NCBI GenBank assembly: GCA_038087875.1
Contig: JAXLNO010001765.1
Span: 124,001-188,000, forward strand
Reading direction: 5' to 3'
DNA: 64,000 bases
DNA from: Malacoraja senta
Lineage: Eukaryota
Shown here one piece after another: positions 23,346 to 37,333 of the stretch. Numbering within the stretch: position 1 is the first letter of the stretch; every line of letters begins with the position of its first letter. The translations under genes were made by a program, and so were the position numbers. The notes beneath the pieces are model-generated. The model did not search any database. It had not been told where the DNA came from and saw nothing but the letters and a program-made list of their open reading frames with translations.

Positions 23346-23896
23346 AAAAGTCATGGAAGGAAGGAGATAATTTTCATTGGAGATGGGTTGTGTGATGTGA
23401 AAGAGTTCATCGAATGTAAAATTTCAGTTTGCATTCGACTAGGTCAATTTATCTTGGCATTACATTCGGCATATACATTGTGGGCCAAAGGGTGAGTTCC
23501 TGACCTGTAATATTCTGTATTTGATAGTCTACAAAGCACACATTCACCCTGCCTCTGTACCTGTACCTCTTCTGACTGATCTGTTGGGCTGAGACTCCAG
23601 CCCCAACCTCTTACACAATGTGAGATTTGTGGAATGACAAATACATTTCCATCACTTACTGACTGGAGCACCTCGGGCACTGGGCCAAGTGTTTGCTGAT
23701 AAACTGTCCACTATTGCCTGCGTTCTTGAGTGAACAAGGCACTCTTTCAATACCTTCTCAACTATCTAAAAGATCAAGTAACAGGGTGGAACGTAATTAA
23801 TTCAATTTGAAGTTCATATTTATGTTATAAAATTAGATATGATAAATATAGATTAATTGCATAAATGTAGCTGTCATTGATAAGCTTGATCTGTTC

Positions 23897-24090
23897 ACAC
23901 CATTTTGAATCACATGCCCCATTCAAAAATTCCTCCATTCACACCATTCTGAATCACATACCCCATTCAAAAATGTATCCACCAGCACCATGGTGAATCA
24001 CATACCCCATTCAAAAATGCACCCACCAACACCATTCTGAAGAACATCCCCATTCAAAAAAATTATCCATTCACACAATACTTGATTCAC
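23897..24090. repeat. Minisatellite, ~44-bp unit, about 4 copies
   Basis: Repeating CACCATTCTGAATCACATACCCCATTCAAAAAT core. Confidence 0.85.
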
Positions 24091-24475
24091 ATACCAAATG
24101 TGCAGGAAGGAACTGCAGATGCCAGTTTACACGGAAGACAGACACAAAATGCTGGAGTAACTCACAGGCAGTGTCTCCAGAGAGAAGGAATGGGTGACAT
24201 TGTGGGTCGAGACCCTACTTCAGACCAAGATGTGTTCAGATCCAATAGACTACTTTTAAATTTTATAAGTTCACATTTCCATCCAAATCCCACTGAGTCC
24301 CATTTCACAGTCAACATCTCCATTCTCATTGACATGCGATTTACACATAGGCCAGGAGGATTTTCCCCCCCAATGGATCTCAACGCAAAACATCACCCAT
24401 TCCTTCTATCCAGACCTGCTGCCTGTGCCAGCGAGTTACTACAACATTTTGTGTCTATCTTCGGCTTAAACCAGC

Positions 24476-27400
24476 ATAGATACATAGATACATAGAAAAT
24501 AGGTGCAGGAGTAGGCCATTTGGCCCTTCGAGCCTGCACCGCCATTCAATATGATCATGGCTGATCATCCAACTCAGTATCACGTACATGCCTTCTCTCC
24601 ATACCCCCTGATCCCCTTAGCCACAAGGGCCACATCTAACTCCCTCTTAAATATAGCCAATGAACTGGCCTCAACTACCCTCTGTGGCAGAGAGTTCCAG
24701 AGATTCACCACTCTGTATGAAAAAGTTTTTCCTCATCTCGGTCTTAAAGGATTTCCCCCTTATCCTTAAGCTGTGACCCCTTGTCATGGACTTCCTCAAC
24801 ATCGGGAACAATCTTCCTGCATCTAGCCTGTCCAACCCCATAAGAATTTTGTACGTTTCTATAAGATCCCCTCTCAATCTCCTAAATTCTAGCGACTATA
24901 AGCCAAGTCTATCCAGTCTTTCTTCATATGAAAGTCCTGACATCCCAGGAATCAGTCTGGTGAACCTTCTCTGCACTCCCTCTATGGCTATAATGTCCTT
25001 CATCAGATTTGGAGACCAAAACTGTACGCAATACTCCAGGTGTGGTCTCACCAAGACCCTGTACAACTGCAGTAGAACCTCCCTGCTCCTATACTCAAAT
25101 CCTTTTGCTATGAAAGCTAACATACCATTCGCTTTCTTCACTGCCTGCTGCACCTGCATGCCTACTTTCAATGACTGGTGTACCATGACACCCAGGTCTC
25201 GCTGCATCTCCCCATTTCCTAATCGGCCACCATTTAGAAAGTAGTCTGCTTTCCTGTTTTTGCCACCAAAGTGGATAACCTCACATTTATCCACATTATA
25301 CTGCATCTGCCAAACATTTGCCCACTCACCCAGCCTATCCAAGTCACCTTGCAGTCTCCTAGCACCCTCCTCACAGCTAACACTGCCCCCCAGCTTAGTG
25401 TCATCCGCAAACTTGGAGATGTTGCCTTCAATTCCCTCATCCAGGTCATTAATATAAATTGTAAATAGCTGGGGTCCCAGCACTGAGCCTTGCGGTACCC
25501 CACTAGTCACTGCCTGCCATTGTGAAAAGGAACCGTTTACTCCTACTCTTTGCTTCCGGTTTGCCAGCCACTTCTCTATCCACATCAATACTGAACCCCC
25601 AATACCGTGTGCTTTAAGTTTGTATACTAATCTCTTATGTGGTACCTTGTCGAAAGCCTTCTGAAAGTCCAGATACAACACATCCACTGGTTCTCCCCTA
25701 TCCATTCTACTAGTTACATCCTCGAAAAATTCTATAAGATTCGTCAGACATGATTTACCTTTCGTAAATCCATGCTGACTTTGTCCAATGATTTCACCAC
25801 TTTCCAAATGTGCTGCTATCCCATCTTTAATAAGTGACTCTAGCAGTTTCCCCACTACCGATGTTAGACTAACTGGTCTGTAATTGCCCGCTTTCTCTCT
25901 CCCTCCCTTCTTAAAAAGTGGGGTTACGTTTGCTACCCTCCAATCCTCAGGAACTACTCCAGAATCTAAAGAGTTTTGAAAAATTATCACTAATGCATCC
26001 ATTATTTCTGGAGCTACTTCCTTAAGTACTCTGGGATGCAGCCTATCTGACCCTGGTGATTTATCGGCCTTTAATCCATTCAATTTACCCAACACCACTT
26101 CCCGACTAACCTGGATTTCACTCAGTTCCTCCATCTCCTTTGACCCGCAGCCCCCTGCTATTTCCGGCTGATAATTTAGTGAAGACGGAACCAAAGTAGT
26201 TATTCAATTGGTCCGCCATATCCTTGTTCCCCATGATCAATTCACCTGTTTCTGACTGCAAGGGACCTACATTTGTTTTAACTAATCTCTTTCTCTTCAC
26301 ATATCTATAAAAACTGTTGCAGTCAGTTTTTATGTTCCCTGCCAGTTTCCTTTCATAATCTATTTTCCCTTTCCTAATTAAGCCCTTTGTCCTCCTCTGC
26401 TGGTCTCTGAATTTCTCCCAATCCTCTGGTATGCTGCTTTTTCTGGCTAATTTGTACGCATCATCTTTTGCTTTGATACTATCCCTGATTTCCCTTGTTA
26501 TCCACGGATGCACTACCTTCCCTGATGTATTCTTTTGCCAAACTGGGATGAACAATTTTTGTAGTTCATCCATGCAGTCTTTAAATGCCTTCCATTGCAT
26601 ATCCACCGTCAACCCTTTTAGAACTAATTGCCACTCAATCTTGGCCAATTCACGTCTCATACCCTCAAAGTTACCTTTCTTTAAGTTCAGAACCGTTGTT
26701 TCTGAATTAACAATGTCACTCTCCATCCTAATGAAGAACTCAACCATATTATGGTCACTCTTGCCCAAGGGGGCACGCACAACAAGACTGCTAACTAACC
26801 CTTCCTCATTACTCAATACCCAGTCTAGAATAGCCTGCTCTCTCGTTGGTTCCTCTACATGTTGGTTTAGATAACTATCCCGCATACATTCCAAGAAATC
26901 CTCTTCCTCAGCACCCCTGCCAATTTGATTCACCCAATCTATATGTAGATTGAAGTCACCCATTATAACTGTTTTGCCTTTGTTGCACGCATTTCTAATT
27001 TCCTGTTTGATGCCATCCCCAACTTCACTACTACTGCTAGGTGGCCTATACACAACACCCACCAGCGTTTTCTGCCCCTTAGTGTTTCGCAGCTCTACCC
27101 ATACCGATTCCACATCCTCCAAGCTAATGTCCTTCCTTTCCACTGCGTTAATCTCCTCTCTAACCAGCAACGCTACCCCACCTCCTTTTCCTTTCTCTCT
27201 ATCCCTCCTGAATATTGAATATCCCTGGATGTTCAGCTCCCAGCCTTGGTCACCCTGGAGCCATGTCTCCGTGATCCCAACTATATCATAATCATTAATT
27301 GCTATCTGCACGTTCAACTCATCCACCTAATTACGAATGCTCCTTGCATTGAGACACAAAGCCTTCAGGCTTGTTTTTACAACGCTCTTACCCCTTATAC

Positions 27401-28165
27401 AATTATGTTGAAAAGTGGCCCTTTTTGATTTTTGCCCTGGATTTGTCTGCCTGCCACTTTTACTTTTCACCTTGCTACCTATTGCGTCCGCCCGCATTTT
27501 ACACCCCTCTGTTTCTCTGCTCACCCATTTAAGAACCCCACCACCTCTTATTCTCTGTTTATTATTGTTTTCTTCTTTCCCCCCTACATGTTGGGTCTGA
27601 GTGCTTTCCTTCTCTGCCTCCTGCCTCACACACTGTCTAATAGCATTCTCTATTTGAGTCCCTCCCCCCAACCATTCTAGTTTAAAGTCGCCCCAGTAGC
27701 CTTTGCAGATCTCCCCGCCAGGATATCGGTCCCCCTCAGGTTCAAGTGCAACCCATCCTTTTTGTACAGGTCGAACCTTCCACAAAAGAGGTCCCAATGA
27801 TCCAGAAATTTGAATCCCTGCCTTCTGCACCAGTCCTTCAGCCACGCATTGATCCTCCACCTCGCTCCATTCCTACTCTCACTGTCGCGTAGCACAGGCA
27901 GTAATACCGAGATTGTTACCTTTGCTGTCCTTCTCTTTAACTCCCCTCCTAACTCCCTAAATTCTCCTTTCAGGACCTCTTCTCTTTTTTTACCTATGTC
28001 ATTGGTACCTATATGTACCACGACCTCGGGCTCCTCTCCCTGCCCTTTCAGGATATCTTGGACACGTTGAGACACATCACAGACCCTGGCACCAGGGAGG
28101 CAAACTACCATCCGGGTCTCCCGACTGCGTCCACAGAATCGCCTGTCTGACCCCCTAACTATAGG
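24476..28165 (-). mobile_element. Near full-length CR1 LINE (ORF1 SGNH esterase part, ORF2 APE-RT), frameshifted
   Basis: ORF1: VVCLPGAR...VVVHIGTND...DGLHLN. EN: CLNARSIRN, VGITETWL, YRPP, MGDFN, SDHN. RT: YRPVSLTS, DFQKAFDKV, GVPQGSVLGP, KFADD. 3' microsatellite tail. Confidence 0.97.
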
Positions 28166-29269
28166 GGGTCAGCCGGGTCCTCCTTTGTTCCTTCCCTCAG
28201 CATCTGCAGTTCCTTTGTTTACATTAAGAATGTTTTGGACTTGTTTAGCATGGTTTGAACTCATTGTTTGAAACAGAATTCATTAACATTGTCCAATAGG
28301 GAGAGTGAGTATTTCTTTAAGTAAATGCCACAATTTGTTTGCTTTTCCTCGTGAAAGGCTGTGCTTGGTATTGGGTTTCCTGAATTCAACTGTAATCAAT
28401 ATCAGACTGACAGACAAAAAGCCTTGTTCTCGCCATTAACTATGGAGTAACATGCAGTCTAGTTCAGGCTAGGCTGTGATGTCTCCCAGTAAATGGAAAT
28501 AGCTCTCAAACATACCATGTGAAAACTGATCTTCAAAGTTCAGTCGTGTGAGAAAGTTACTGTAGAGAGTGTGTCTACTTACAGCTAAAGCAGAACAAGA
28601 GGTCAGTGCACTTGTATCAGAGAAATTGATTAAAACATGTTTTAATAACCTACGCCTTTCCAGAGACTGCCATCTTGTAACAAAAGGCCTGTTATCAATA
28701 GATTATGAGAGGTGGCTGTTGATTGAATTGAATTGAATACTTTATTGTCACATGTGACAAGTCTCAGTGACATTCTTTGCTTGCACACACAAGGCATGGA
28801 AATAGTTGCTCATAAAGGGCATTTACAAAGTTACAAATTCCCGTCCCCCACGCCGGGTCCTCCTTTGTTCCTTCCCTCAGCAGCGGCGTCCTCAATTCCA
28901 CGTGTCCGTTCTCGTCCATTGGTCGGCGCCAACATCGACCGCCACACTGGCCTTTTCATTAACGCTGCCGGGTACTCTCCGGATGCCTTCGTGGCACCGA
29001 CCCAGGCCCCCGCTGCGGGCTCCATCCACCCAGGCAAGAAGTAACTGTGAGTTGTGTGCACAACATTTTTTTCATGCGGTGTCAGCCACAGCATATCTCC
29101 ATTCTCAGTCAGAGAGCCACGGGTCAATATCCCACCAAAGAAACATCAGTGGAATCTAGTGCTATACAGGACGTTCTGCAGAGTTTGTGATGCAATTTTA
29201 CAACCACATGTTAAACCAAAATACTACCAGGCCGGCACAATGGCACAACTGGCAGAGCTGCTCCCTCAG

Positions 29270-29830
29270 TGCTAGAGAATATTGTGAGCAATTTTGGGCA
29301 CTATATCTGAGAAAGGATGTGCTGGCTCTGGAGAGGGTCCAGAGGAGGTTTACAACAATGATCCCAGAAATGAGTAGGTTAACCTATCATGAGCATTTGT
29401 TAGCACTGGGCCTGTACTCTCTGGAGTTTAGAAGAATGAGGGGAGACCTCATTAAAACCTACAGAATAGTGAATGGCTTGGATAGAGTGGATGTGGAGAG
29501 GATGTATCCACTAGTGAGAGAGTCTAGGACTAGAGGTCATAGCCTCAGATTTAAAGGACATTCTTTTAGGAAGATGAGGAGAAATTTCTTAAGGCAGAGG
29601 GTGGCAAATCCATGGAATTTGTTGCCACAGAAGGCTGTGGAGGCCGTCAGTGGATATGTTAAAGTCGAAGATAGATAGATTCTTGATTGGTACAAATGTC
29701 CGATTGGTACAAATGGGGAGAAGGCAGAACAATTGGGGTGAGGAGGGAGAGATAGATCAGTAATGATTGAATGGTGGAGTGGACTAGATGGGCCGAATGG
29801 CCTAATTCTACAACCATTCCTTATGACCTG
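29270..29830 (+). mobile_element. CR1 3' fragment
   Basis: EYCEQFWALYLRKDVLALERVQRRFT...RGDLIKTYRI. Confidence 0.85.
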
Positions 29831-31911
29831 GCCTTGATCCTGCCCTCAAGTACTGTCCGTGTGGAGTTTGCACCTTCCCCCTGTGACTGCGCTGGCTTCC
29901 TCCAGGTGCTCCAGCTTCCTCGTACACCACATGTTGGCTTGTTGCTTAATTGGCCTCCATGAAGTCAAAATGTGATGCATAAATGTGATAACACTGAACT
30001 GGTGTGAACGGATGGTCAATGACTGGTGTGGATTCGGTGGGCTGAATGGCCTGATATATATTTCAGCCCTCTAAAAAAGAATCCCAAAACGTAATTTAAG
30101 GAATACAGGTTAATCCCAGAATCCTCATTGATATTTATCTTGCAGTTGATACCACCGAAGAACACAGATCATCTGTCGCTCATCACATTTCCCTTTGAAT
30201 GAAAATTGGAAGCAGTGTTTGAGAGTGTCAGCTGTGAGGACAGGTTGGACAAACTTAGATCATTTGCTCTTGTGGAGTTGGAATATGAAGGGGGTGGGGG
30301 ACACCTGATGGAAGTATATATAATTATGAGAGACACAGAGTAGAGAGGAGTAAATCTTAAATGATTTTTTACACAGAGAGTGGTGGGTGCTTGGAGCATG
30401 CTGTCAGAGGAAGTAGTGGAAACAGATATGATAGCAATGTTTAAAGGCATTTAAACAGGCATGTATGTGGTACTGCTCTATGTTTTATGTTAACTAATAA
30501 ATTGATTTTGACTGTCGCGCCACACAGTGGCTCTTTTATTTATTTTTAAATTATTATCTTTTTTTATCAATTTATACTCTGTTTATGGGCCTGTTAGGCT
30601 GCTGCATGTAATATTGTAATTGTTCTGTTGGTGGAACATTTAATTAGACATTTCATTAAAGAAGCTTAACTCTTGTCTCTCTTGGGTCCTGACATGTGAA
30701 CAGAGAGGAAATGAAGGGGTGTGTGGAAAGGAACAACAGATGCTGGTTTAAACCAAAGGTAGACACAAAAATCTTGAGTAACTCAGTGGGAAAGGCAGCA
30801 TCTCAGGAGAGAAGGACTGGTGATGTTTTGGGTCGAGACCCTTCTTCAGTCTGGATAGACCATGTGCAGGAAGATGGGATTAGTTTGTAAAGGCAACATA
30901 GCCAGCACAGACATTGTGATGCTAGGGCTTATCCCTGTGTCATCCTGCTCAATGTTCTTTGTTTACATTTCAAGAAATACTCAGTGGTTCTAAATGTTTT
31001 TAAAATGTTGTGAAAGGTTTTGCAAGAATGAATCTATATATTTTACTTTTTTCTCAGTTTTTCATATTCTGATTTACATTGTAAAGAATCTCATTGCGTA
31101 TGCACACTGAAACCAACCAAACAGTATCATACTTCAAGGCCAGTGTTTATGTTGCACTTGAACCTGCAAACACCCTTGTTGGTATAACTTTATCAGTGTA
31201 ACCATCTGTTGGCTTGTTACCTATTTGTTTATCGAAGCGGCTTGCTGTTAAATAAAGGTGTGATATTTACCACAGCTTCTCACTATGTAGCAGATCCCCC
31301 CCTTGTCAATCTTTTTCGAGAGTTTCCCTTCTTTATCTCTGTTTCCTTTGTTGCTACATTTTCCTTGATCTTCATTCCCTTTGTCCTGTTTTCACACCTC
31401 ACACTTCCTTATCTATACACGTCCTTATCTATCGACCTCCCATTCCCCTGACATCAGCCTGAAGAAGGATCTCGACCCAAAATGTCACCCATTCCTTCTC
31501 TTCAGAGATGCTGCCTGTCCCGACGAGTTACTCCAGCATTTTGTGTCTATGTTCTGATTGGACTCTCTTGTTATTTCCTTGCATTCTTATTTTGATTTAG
31601 TTAATAATTAATTAATTATAGTTTAAAAAAATCGTAACAAAAAGACAATTACCCCCTGCAACAAATACGACTAAAGTGCAAAACTGTGGCCGGAGCGGAA
31701 TTGCTCACCGACCCCTCTGATGCTTTGCTTTCCTCCAGCCCGTCCGCCGCTGGGCTCCCGAGGAAACTTCTCCAGCACCACCTTGTCGAAGCCGCTCTCA
31801 TCCCGCTGCAGTTTCACACAAGCCGCAGCACCGAGGTGGGGGGCGCTTTCACTTCGGGTGGTCGGGAGGATGGAAGAGGGGGTGGGAGGGTAGGGACGGA
31901 GAGAGATAATT

Positions 31912-32229
31912 AAGGGCCTGTCCCACTGTACGAGGTAATTCAAGAGCTCTCCCAAGTTTTTAAAAAATCGAACTCGTGGTAAGTACGTAGAATTTACGTA
32001 GCGGGTACGTCGGAGCTCGGGACGTCTCTTAGCGGCTCGTAACGCTAACGGCAGGTACTCGGGAAACGCGGTAAGCTCGTGAAGACTCATGGAGGTTTTT
32101 AAACATGTTGAAAAATGTCCACGAGAGCCCCGAGTACCTACGAGCGGCTATTACCGTTATTCTCCGAGTTCGAATCAGGGGAAATTCGGGAGAACTCTTG
32201 AATTAGCTCGTACAGTGGGACAGGCCCTT
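31912..32229. mobile_element. Harbinger-like MITE
   Basis: Perfect 23-bp TIR AAGGGCCTGTCCCACTGTACGAG / CTCGTACAGTGGGACAGGCCCTT. Confidence 0.8.
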
Positions 32230-33015
32230 GAGTCGACAGGTGTTGTGATATGGAATTGGCTGTGTGTGTGTGTGTGTGTATGTGTGTGTGTGAGAACTAC
32301 TCTCGGATAAGTGTTGTGTGTTTTGTGTTACGCCTGCGGGCCGGATGATTTCGAGTTACAGTCCGGATCCGGCCCATGGGCCATAGGTTGCCAAGCCCTG
32401 ATTTAACACAAACTGTTAAAACACAAAGAAGGAAGGGACAGACGGACTGTTGGCGAGGCAGCCATTGCTGGCGCCACCCAGTGGTTGGGTTGGTTAGTTA
32501 GTTTGCAGGCGCCACCAACATTGATGGAGTTGTGAACAGTGAAGAAGGCTGCCGTAGTGTACAATGGGAAATACATCAGATACAGAAATGGGCAGAAAAA
32601 ATGCAAATGGAGTTCATTTTGAGCAAGTATGAGGTGTTACACTTTGAGTGGTCGAATGTAAAGGAAAAGTATACAGTTATTGGCAAGACCCTTAACAGCA
32701 TTAATCTACAGTGAGATCTTGGGGTTGAATCTTGGGTTTCTAGAGACAGGAAGTCATAATACAGTTTTATAGGGCTGGGTAGTCCACATTTGGAGTAATA
32801 TGTGCAGTTTTTGTTGACCCATTACATAAAGGATGTAGAGGCATTGGAAAGGGTGCAGAGGTTTACAAGAATGATGCCTCGACTAGGGTGTGTTGGCTAC
32901 ATGAAACATATGGACAGACATGGATTGCTTCCGCTAGAATGCTGGAGTTTGATGGGACATCTGATAGAAGTACATAAAACTATGAGAGGTATAGATAGGA
33001 TAGATAGTCAGAACA

Positions 33016-33337
33016 GGGGCTGTCACTGTGGTGCAGCGGTAGAGTTGCTGCTTTACAGCGCTTGCAGTGCGGGAGACCCAGGTTCGATCCCGACCACGGA
33101 TGCTGTCTGTATGGAGTTTGTACGTTCTCCATGACAGCATGGGTTTTCTCCGAGATCTTCGGTTTCCTCCCACACTCCAAAGATGTACAGGTATGTAGAT
33201 TAATTGGCTTGGTGTATGTGTAAATCGTCCCTAGTGTGTGTAGGGTAGTGCTAATGCCCAGGGGTCACTAGTCGGTGCGGACTCGGTGGGCCGAAGGGCC
33301 TGTTTCCGCGCTATATCTCTAAACTAAAATAAACTAA
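33016..33337 (+). mobile_element. V-SINE (HE1-like), full length, inserted in a CR1 fragment
   Basis: GTGGTGCAGCGGTAGAG...GGTTCGATCCC head; TAAAC tail. Confidence 0.85.
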
Positions 33338-36286
33338 GCTTAACATGGATGGAAACATTGAATACAAGAGGGCTTTGCTTTAAGATGAGAGTTTAAAGGG
33401 AATGTGCAGGGCATGTTTTTTCACAGACAGTGATGAGAGCCTGGATGACACAGTCTGAGGTGTGTTTGAGGCTGCTTGTAATTATGAATTATGAATGCCA
33501 TTTATTGTCATTTAACACCAGGTTCAAAATATATTGTCTTGCCTTCAGAGGTGTTGGGTCAAAATCTTGGAAACCCCTCCAAAAAGTCTGTCGCAGTCAG
33601 GTTTCTGCCTCATCTCAGTCCTTACGAGGAATCTCACAACTGGGCAATAAATTCAGGGTCACCCAGATTGCATACACTGATGGAAACAAGCCAATTGCCA
33701 TTTGGTGTAACATTAAACTCACAGTTACATATTAACAGAAAATAAATATATCAGTACCTCAATAAAGTTGATGTTTCACGCTGAATGGGGTGTGGGAATT
33801 AGATGACTCGGGAATGGAATTTAGTTTTGTCTGAATATTTAATGTACCAAGTAAATACACTTAAGATATCAGCAATCAAGTAATTATTATGTGTTTTCAC
33901 AATCACCACAATAGATCAGTACAGCACAGCAACAGGCTCTTTGGCCCACAATGTCTGTGTTGAACATGATGTCAAGACCAACTCCTATCTGCCTGCACAT
34001 ATTATACCTCCATTCCCTGCACATCCTACAACAATAAGGACAGCATGGTGATGCACCACTGGAGTTGCTGCCTTAAGTGCCACACAGCCGGGATTGATCT
34101 TGACTATGGGTATGTAGGTTAATTGGGTTGGTATAAATGTAAACCTGTTCCAAGTGTGTGTAGGATAGTGTTAGTGTGCGGGAATTGGTGCGGACCCTGT
34201 TTCCACCCTGTATCTCTAAACTAAACTAAACTAAATGTGCTAACCAGTCAGTGGAAAGACAATACATTACAATCGAGCCATCCATGGTGTACAGATATAT
34301 GATAAAGGGAATAACGTGAATAACGTTTGGTGCAAGATAATGGCAGTAAAGTCCGATCAAAGATTGCCCGAGGATCTCCAATGCAGGAGACAGTAGTTCA
34401 AGTGCACCCTAGTTGTAGGTAGGATGGTTTCAGTTGCCTGATAACAATTGGGAAGAGACTGTCCCTGAATGTGGAGGTGTGAGTTTTGACAATTGGTTAT
34501 ATGAAGAGTAAAGTTGTTGTTATTCCACTCTGATGAGCGTTTGACGGCACTAGGCCTCTACTCGCTGGAGTTTAGAAGGATGAGGGGCACTCATTGAAAC
34601 TTACCGAATAGTGAAAGGCCTGGATAGAGTGGATGTTGAGAGGATGTTTCCACTAGTGGGAGCATCTCAGCAGAGGGCAAAGCCTCACAATTAAAGTACA
34701 CTCCTTTAGGAAGGAGATGAGGAGGAATTTCTTTATTCAGAAGGTGGTGAATCTGTGGAATTCTGCCACGGAAGGCTGTGGAGGCTGTCAATGGATATTT
34801 TTTAAGGCAGAGATAGATAGATTCTTGAATAGTACGGGTGTCAGGGGTTATGGGGAGAAGGCAGGAAAATGGGGTTTGGAGGATAGGATAGATCAGCCAT
34901 GAATGATGGGATGAATGGCCTAATTCTGATGATCTTATGATTGAGTAAATAGCTGTCTGCAGTATTAACAATGACAAAACAAGTATATAGCTCATAGCAT
35001 GCTAACGTCTTGGTAAAACTCATTCAAAAGTATTTTATTAAATGCTCATAATTCAGAAATGACACTGGTGGATATACAATGAAATTCTCAGTCTGTTGCA
35101 CATAAAACACTTCCACAGCTATTACACCAAAGCTTTGATAATGAGTATTGTTACCAGTGATCTGTCGGGTCAACAAAACATTAACAGCCCCCATACGTTA
35201 CCATGTTCCATAAATATTCACATGACATGGGACTGGGATGTTGTCTATGTGGAGTTTGCATGTTCTCCCTGTGACCACGTGAGATTTCTCCCTGTGCTCC
35301 GGTTTCCTCGCACATCTCAATGATGTACAGGTTTGTAGGTGAGTTGGCCTTTGTAAAATTGCCCTAGTGTATCGAAAGCGGATGTGAAAGAGGGATAACA
35401 TAGAACTGGTGTCCAGGATGGATGGTATCAACTCGACAAGCTGAAGGCTCTGCATCCATGCTGTATAACTCAACTAAACTAAGCAATATTATGTAAGCTG
35501 TGGTGTAGAGCGTGGTTCGCATTGAAAACAAAGATCCTTGTTGACTGGCCCATCAAATACTTGAAGCACTGAGTGAAGCATTAAATGAAAGGCAATTACT
35601 TCTCCACTACACCATCAGGTATGTGAACGAGGAATGCAGGTTACAGTATGTGACAAAGAGAAGTGGCAAAATAACTGGGAAGAAACTGCAGATGCAGGTT
35701 TAAACCGAAGATAGGCTCAAAAAGCTGGAGTAACTCAGCGGGTCAAACAGCATTTCTGGAGTCTGAACAAGGGTCTCGACCCGAAATGTCACCTATGTCT
35801 TGTATCCAGAGATGCTGTCTGATCCGGTGAGTTTCTCCAGCTTTTTGTGTCTATCTCTGGCAAGATATGTATATGATGTTTGAGAGGCTTTTAGATCGAC
35901 AAACTGATCTGCAGGAAATAGAGGGATATGGATCATGTTGCAGTTGGATGGGATCAGTTTAGCATCTCATCATGTTCACCACAGACATTGTGGGCCAAAG
36001 GGCCTCTTCCTGAGATGAACATTTTTATGTTTTATATAAAATAAGATTAGTAATCAGCTGTAAGCCCCCTTGAACAGACTGCATCATTCAATAACATTAT
36101 GTCCAATCTGATTTCGATCAGTTTACTGCATTATTCCTGCTACCTTTGATTCATTTCTGATCTAAAACTCTCTATATCTCAACCTGGAAAATACTCATGC
36201 ACCTTGTCTTCACAGCTGGAATAGAAAGTTCAGGCAAATCATACACCTCCTGGAAAATAAATCTTCTTCGTAACTATTTTAAAGAG

Positions 36287-36567
36287 GGACCCAACATGGG
36301 AGGACTGCCGAGAACAAAGATAACAAAGAGGGTCCTAGGGTTGGGGGGGGAGGGGGGCGCAGATAACACAGGTGAACCCAACATGGAGGGGCTGCCGAGA
36401 ACAAAGAGGGTCCTGGAGTTGGGGGGGGGGGGGGTGGAGCTGCGGATAACACAGGTGAACCCAACATGGAGGGGCTGCCGAGCACAAAGAGGGTCCCGGG
36501 GTTGGGGGGGCTGCGGATAACACAGGTGAACCCAACATGGAGGGGCTGCCGAGAACAAAGAGGGACC
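36287..36567. repeat. G-rich minisatellite, ~70-80-bp unit, about 4 copies
   Basis: Repeating ACCCAACATGGAGGGGCTGCCGAGAACAAAGAGGGTCC...(G)n...GATAACACAGGTGA. Confidence 0.9.
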
Positions 36568-36718
36568 ATTGGGGACTGTAATGATTACTTTGTAACTGTG
36601 TCGACACCCTATACATGGTGACTCTTTCTATACCTTGTGTATGTTATGCAAAGCAAAGAATCTCACTGTGACATGTCACATGTGATAATAAAGTATCAAT
36701 CAGTCAAATAGGCGACCT

Positions 36719-36724
36719 TTTATT
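36719..36724 (-). promoter_or_regulatory. Candidate polyadenylation signal of the MHC class I-like gene
   Basis: AATAAA on the minus strand in unique sequence about 120 bp beyond the CR1 that interrupts the last exon. Confidence 0.35.
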
Positions 36725-36840
36725 CCAAAATGTGGCGCAATGTATGACTTTGGAATCACAGGGTAACTGCAGTGAAGACAGCACTTGAAAAATGAATGGC
36801 TAAATGTAAAGCCATCAGTCAGAATTGATACAATAAAGAG

Positions 36841-37333
36841 CATAGAACATAGAACAGTACAGCACAATAACAGGCCCTTTGACCCACAATGTTTGTGCCG
36901 AACATGATGCCAAGACCAATTGTTATCTGCTTGCACATAATCCATATCCATCCATTCCCTGCATATACATGTGCCTATCTAAAAGTCTCTTAAATGCCAC
37001 TATCATATCTGCTTCCACCACCACCCCCGGCAGCACATTCCAGTCACTCGCCACCCTTGGCGTAAAACACTTGTCCTGCACATCTTTTTTAAACTTTGCA
37101 ACTCATTGTAAAGCTATACCTGCTCTTATTTGATATTTCCTTCCTGGGTAAAAAGTCTGATGGTCTACCCTATCTCTACTCCTCCCAGTTTGATATATTA
37201 CTGTCAGGTCTCCCCTCAATCCCCGACATGCCAGAGAAAACAATCCAACTGTCCAGTGTGTCCAACTTCTCCCTGTGGCTAATACCCCACTAATCCAGGC
37301 ATCATTCCGGTAGACCTCCTCTGCATCCCAAAG
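36841..37333 (-). mobile_element. CR1 3' fragment inserted in the last exon of the MHC-like gene
   Basis: CATAGAACATAGAAC tail at 36841 and CR1-type TAATCCAGGCATCATTCCGGTAGACCTCCTCTGCA up to about 37333. Confidence 0.75.

Noticed and set aside
23897-24090. CRISPR-like appearance of regularly spaced repeats (also 10553 and 36287)
   Set aside because: Eukaryotic context, the spacers are themselves similar, and there are no cas genes; these are ordinary tandem repeats.
33549-33780. Plus-strand terminal exon candidate with acceptor and AATAAA; similar isolated splice pairs near 12916, 15198, 20723 and 37957
   Set aside because: No coherent recognisable protein could be assembled; such sites occur by chance in vertebrate non-coding DNA.
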